Part shown: piece by piece, positions 58,989 through 64,000 of the stretch
Layout: each line of letters starts with the position of its first letter
How positions within the stretch are numbered: position 1 is the first letter of the stretch
Source: Nemertoderma westbladi
Lineage: Eukaryota > Animalia > Xenacoelomorpha
Length of the DNA stretch: 64,000 nt
Reading direction: 5' to 3'
Assembly: GCA_032718475.1 (NCBI GenBank)
Contig: JAUCBJ010007883.1
Location: 1 to 64,000 of the forward strand
Made by a program: the position numbers and the translations under genes
The notes under the pieces: generated by a model
What the model was told of the DNA's origin: nothing
The model's input: only the letters and a program-made list of their open reading frames with translations
Databases searched by the model: none

Positions 58989-59639
58989 ATATTATATAAT
59001 ATATATATATGTATAATATATATGTAATATATATTACGGATATCACCTGATCCAGGATGACGGATCCATGTAGGATCATAGAAATCGCAGATCCTAGGAT
59101 CCAATAGCATTAATTAATTAATAGTCTAAGGTTTTCGTCTTATACATGTTTGTAAACAGCGGAGCCAATGAACTACAGCGGCTTATCCTATCAATACCAT
59201 GATGGGGGTGGTGTAGAGCGCTTCTTAAAAATCGAATTTCCATGCGGAGTGCGCATTTTTATCCGGATGAGGTAATAAACTGTGTGTGGTAAAAACTTTT
59301 CAGTGAAACATTGACATTGACAAATGGGGCAAACCCATCCTTGGGGTGTGCTGATGATGCTAGATTTGTGTAGTTGTGATGATCGATTGATTGATTGTTT
59401 TTACGCGATAAATATAGAGTACTGTAGATACAAATTATATAACAACAAAATACATATAAATACTTTGCATAATTATTGGACAGGCGGTAATATATAGTAG
59501 AGTATATGTCTTTCAAATAGTAAGAATTAATGGCACCGACAACAGAAAATACATATTAAAATTGGTAAGTTTATACTATATCATTCATCAAATATATTAC
59601 TAAAATCTTTAAAATCATAAAAGTTATTAATTTAATTAA

Positions 59640-60563
59640 GGGGAGAGGAGTACATTACCACCACCACCCCCCCCCCCCCCCCCCCCCCCCTGAACAATTT
59701 CTATTATTTCAATTACAATTTCTATTGAATTTAAAATATTTTGATTTTATACAGTATGGGCTGTTAAAATATGGCCAAACATTTGTTTTTTCGAAAAATT
59801 TTCAAATTTCCAGTCGCCCTCTAGCGGCCATTGAATGAATCAAGATTTGCGGTTAAAATGCTAGTAGTCATTCAATTTTAGGTGAAATTGTCATGAAAGG
59901 TGAAATTAAAAAAGCCAATTTTTTCGAATTACGGAGGTGAGCTCCGCAAAAGTTATCTGTTAAAATTTTAAGTTTTGCCTTTTTATGAAAATTAATTAAT
60001 ATTAATTAATATTTGGCAAAATTTTAACAAATTTTTGGCTTTAATCTGAAAAATTGGCTGTAAAAACAAAAATATCAAAATTTCCAACCGATAACTTTGA
60101 AAGAACAGCAGAAACCCTTTCGAATCAGCCAAAAATAAAGAAAATTGGTTCAAAAATTGGCGGTGGTGTAGTAATTTGAAAAATGAAAAATGTCATTCCA
60201 ATTGCCTTCAAAGTTTAAACCTTCCCGCCAGAACTGGCTGTCTGTGGTCTGGTTGGTTAATCATTTCTGGCATGATAGACTCACCGGGCTAAAACTTTCA
60301 TTATGGGGGTTTTCGGGGTCGTTGATTTAATTTCCGATGTCAGTTTTAAATTTTGGTGGAATCTAGTCTCTCCGGTTATCTGTCTGTCTTATAATTTGAC
60401 TGACAGACCGTCATACGGAAAAATAGCGATAACTCGAGAACTAAAAGAGGTTCCGCTAAGCGGTTTTCAGATTTGAAATTCTCATTAAATTATGCTATAG
60501 ATTAAATAAAAAAAACATTTGAAATTTTGACATGGGGGGGGGGGGGGGGGGGGTACTCCCCCC
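59640..60563. mobile_element. TTAA-flanked non-autonomous DNA element (Kolobok-like)
   Basis: TTAA|ggggag..gagtac followed by poly-C at the left end, and poly-G gtactccccc|TTAA at the right end. Confidence 0.6.
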
Positions 60564-60846
60564 TTAAGTCAACTAAAAAATTAAAATATTTACAAATACT
60601 AATACAAATAAAAATTTCAAATACTAATAAACAAGTAAAAAACTGAAACGATAATCTTATCTTACTATTTTGTGTCTAATCATGTTTTGACGTAAGTTTA
60701 TTATTATTCAGTAATTAATAATTAAAAACAAATAAAGGCGTATTGGATTGCTCCATGAGGCCGGTGCCTCGTTTCCATTGGGGTCCATTCTAGTACTGTA
60801 GGTAAGTTAAAAATATTGAAATGTTGATTGGTCAGAGCTCTCTTTT

Positions 60847-63800
60847 GTCTCTCCAGCCTACCTCTCTGCAACGGGTCTCTCCAGCATACCTCTTCACCCC
60901 GGGTCTCTCCAGCCTACCTCTTCAATCCGGGTCTCTCCAGCCTACCTCTTCAATAACCCGGGTCTCTCCAGCCTACCTCTCTGCAACGGGTCTCTCCAGC
61001 CTACCTCTTCAACCCGGGTCTCTCCAGCCTACCTCTTCAATCCGGATCTCTCCAGCCTACCTCTTCAATAACCCGGGTCGCTCCAGCCTACCTTTTCAAC
61101 CCTGGACTCTCCAGCCTACTTCTTCAATAACCCGGGTCTCTCCAGCCTACCTTTTCAACCCTGGACTCTCCAGCCTACCTAACTGTAACGGGTCTCTCCA
61201 GCCTACCTCTCTGCAACGGGACTCTCCAGCCTACCTCTCTGCAACGGGTCTCTCCGGCCCACCTCTTCAACAACCCGGGACTCTCCAACCTACCTCTCTG
61301 CAACGGGACTCTCCAACCTACCTCTCTGCAGCGGGACTCTCCAGCCTACCTCTCTGCAACGGGTCTCTCCAGTCTACCTCTCTGCAACGGGACTCTCCAG
61401 CCTACCTCTCTGCAACGGTTCTGTCCAGCCTACCTCTTCAACCCGGGTCTCTCCAGCCTACCTCTCTGCAAGGGGACTCTCCAGCCTACCTCTCTGCAAC
61501 GGGACTTTCCGGCCTACCTCTCTGCAACGGGACTCTCCAGCCTACCTCTCTGCAACGGGTCTCTCCAGCCTACCTCTTTAACCCGGGTCTCTCCAGCCTA
61601 CCTCCTCAACCCGGATCTCTCCAGCCTACCTCTTCAACCCGGGTCTCTCCAGCCTACCTCTCTGCAACGGGTCTCTCCAGCCTACCTCTTCAACCCGGGT
61701 CTCTCCAGCCTACCTCTTCAATCGGATCTCTCCAGCCTACCTCTTCAATAACCCGGGTCTCTCCAGCCTACCTTTTCAACCCTGGATTCTCCAGCCTACC
61801 TAATTGTAACGGGTCTCTCCAGCCTACCTGTTCAATAACCCGGGTCTCTCCAGCCTACCTCTCTGCAACGGGTCTCTCCAGCCTACCTCTCTGCAACGGG
61901 TCTCTCCAGCCTACCTCTTCAACCCGGGTCTCTCCAGCCTACCTCTTCAATCCGGATCTCTCCAGCCTACCTCTTCAATAACCCGGGTCGCTCCAGCCTA
62001 CCTTTTCAACCCTGGACTCTCCAGCCTACCTAATTGTAACGGGTCTCTCCAGCCTATCTCTTCAATAACCCGGGTCTCTCCAGCCTACCTCTCTGCAACG
62101 GGTCTCTCCAGCCTACCTCTTCAATAACCCGGTACTCTCCAGCCTACCTCTCTGCAACGGGACTCTCCAGCCTACCTTTCTGCAACGGGTCTCTCCAGCC
62201 TACTTCTCTGCAACGGGTCTCTCCAGCCTACCTAATTGTAACGGGTCTCTCCAGCCTATCTCTTCAATAACCCGGGTCTCTCCAGCCTACCTTTTCAACA
62301 ACCCGGGACTCTCCAGCCTACCTCTTCAACCCGGGTTTCTCCAGCCTACCTCTTCAACCCGGATCTCTCCAGCCTACCTCTTCAATCCGGATCTCTCCAG
62401 CCTACCTTTTCAATAACCCGGGTCTCTCCAGCCTACCTTTTCAACCCTGGACTCTCCAGCCTACCTAATTGTAACGGGTCTCTCCAGCCTACCTCCCTGA
62501 AACGGGTCTCTCCAGCCTACCTATCTGCAACGGGTCTCTCCGACCTACCTCTTCAACAACCCGGGTCTCTCCACCCTACCTCTTCAACCCGGGTCTCTCC
62601 AGCCTACCTCTTCAACCCGGGTTTCTCCAGCCTACCTCTTCAACCCGGATCTCTCCAGCCTACCTCTTCAATAACCCGGGTCTCCCCAGCCTACCTTTTC
62701 AACCCTGGACTCTCCAGCCTACCTATTTGCGACGGGACTCTCCAGCCTACCTCTCTGCAAGGGGACTCTCCAGCCTACCTCTCTGCAACGGGACTATCCG
62801 GCCTACCTCTCTACAACGAGACTCTCCAGCCTACCTCTCTGCAACGGGTCTCTCCAGCCTACCTCTTCAACCCGGGTTTCTCCAGCCTACCTCTTCAACC
62901 CGGATCTCTCCAGCCTACCTCTTCAATAACCCGGGTCTCCCCAGCCTACCTTTTCAACCCTGGACTCTCCAGCCTACCTATTTGCGACGGGACTCTCCAG
63001 CCTACCTCTCTGCAAGGGGACTCTCCAGCCTACCTCTCTGCAACGGGACTATCCGGCCTACCTCTCTACAACGAGACTCTCCAGCCTACCTCTCTGCAAC
63101 GGGTCTCTCCAGCCTACCTCTTCAACCCGGGTTTCTCCAGCCTACCTCTTCAACCCGGATCTCTCCAGCCTACCTCTTCAATAACCCGGGTCTCCCCAGC
63201 CTACCTTTTCAACCCTGGACTCTCCAGCCTACCTATTTGCGACGGGACTCTCCAGCCTACCTCTCTGCAAGGGGACTCTCCAGCCTACCTCTCTGCAACG
63301 GGACTCTCCGGCCTACCTCTCTACAACGAGACTCCCCAGCCTACCTATCTGCAACGGGACTCTCCAGCCTACCTCTCTGCAACGGGTATCTCCAGCCTAC
63401 CTCTTCAACACGGGTCTCTCCAGCCTACCTCTTCAATCCGGGTCTCTCCAGCCTACCTCTCTGCAACGGGTCTCTCCAGCCTACCTCTTCAACCCGGGTC
63501 TCTCCAGCCTACCTCTTCAATCCGGATCTCTCCAGCCTACCTCTTCAATAACCCGGGTCTCTACAGCCTACCTCTTCAACCCTGGACTCTCCAGCCTACC
63601 TAATTGTAACGGGTCTTTCCAGCCTACCTCTCTGCAACGGGTCTCTCCAGCCTACCTCTCTGCAACGGGACTCTCCAGCCTACCTCTCTGCAACGGGACT
63701 CTCCAGCCTACCTCTCTGCAACGGGACTCTCCGGCCTACCTCTTCAACAACCCGGATCTCTCCAGCCTACCTCTTCAACCCGGGTCTCTCCAGCCCACCT

Positions 63801-64000
63801 CTTTAACAACCCGGGTCTCTCCACCCTACCTCTTCAACCTGGGTCTCTCCAGCCTACCTCTTCAACCCGGGTCTCCCCAGCCTACCTCTTCAACCCAGAT
63901 CTCTCCAGCCTACCTCTTCAATAACCCGGGTCTCTCCAGCCTACCTCTTCAACCCTGGACTCTCCAGCCGACCTATTTGCGACGGGACTCTCCAGGCTAC
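60847..64000 (+). repeat. 28/31-bp minisatellite with variant units and a ~258-bp higher-order repeat; runs off the window
   Basis: Units gggtctctccagcctacctctctgcaac / ...cttcaaccc / ...cttcaataaccc. The same 9-unit block recurs at 62727, 62985 and 63243. Confidence 0.96.

Noticed and set aside
60821-63551. 386-aa and 274-aa repetitive ORFs
   Set aside because: The 28-bp units cycle through all three frames, which is typical of a non-coding minisatellite poor in stop codons.

Overview
AT-rich eukaryotic (metazoan-looking) genomic DNA, not prokaryotic. Host genes: a 5-exon alkaline ceramidase (ACER1/2 type, minus strand, 2339-25345) with two ~10-kb introns almost entirely filled by 54-bp and 48-bp satellites; an intronless CWC21/SRRM2-N-terminus gene; two tandem MCUR1/CCDC90-like paralogues with a near-identical core; a 2-exon ABCB6/HMT-1 transporter with a 32-bp minisatellite just after its stop codon; and an intronless LMAN2/VIP36 lectin. 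Mobile DNA: an IS3EU-type DDE transposon plus a related palindromic MITE, hAT-, Harbinger- and Kolobok-like non-autonomous elements, tRNA-derived SINE fragments, RTE and CR1 fragments, and an apparently intact CR1/L2-group LINE. The most striking region is 47.7-54.4 kb. It holds a canonical type I hammerhead ribozyme in a small TSD-flanked insert, directly upstream of the LINE. The LINE's ORF1 is an SGNH-esterase with tandem repeats, and its ORF2 starts with a ~340-codon hydrophobic (membrane-like) segment followed by a 2A 'stop-go' motif (DIETNPGP) before APE endonuclease-RT. All calls were made by eye and no database searches were run.
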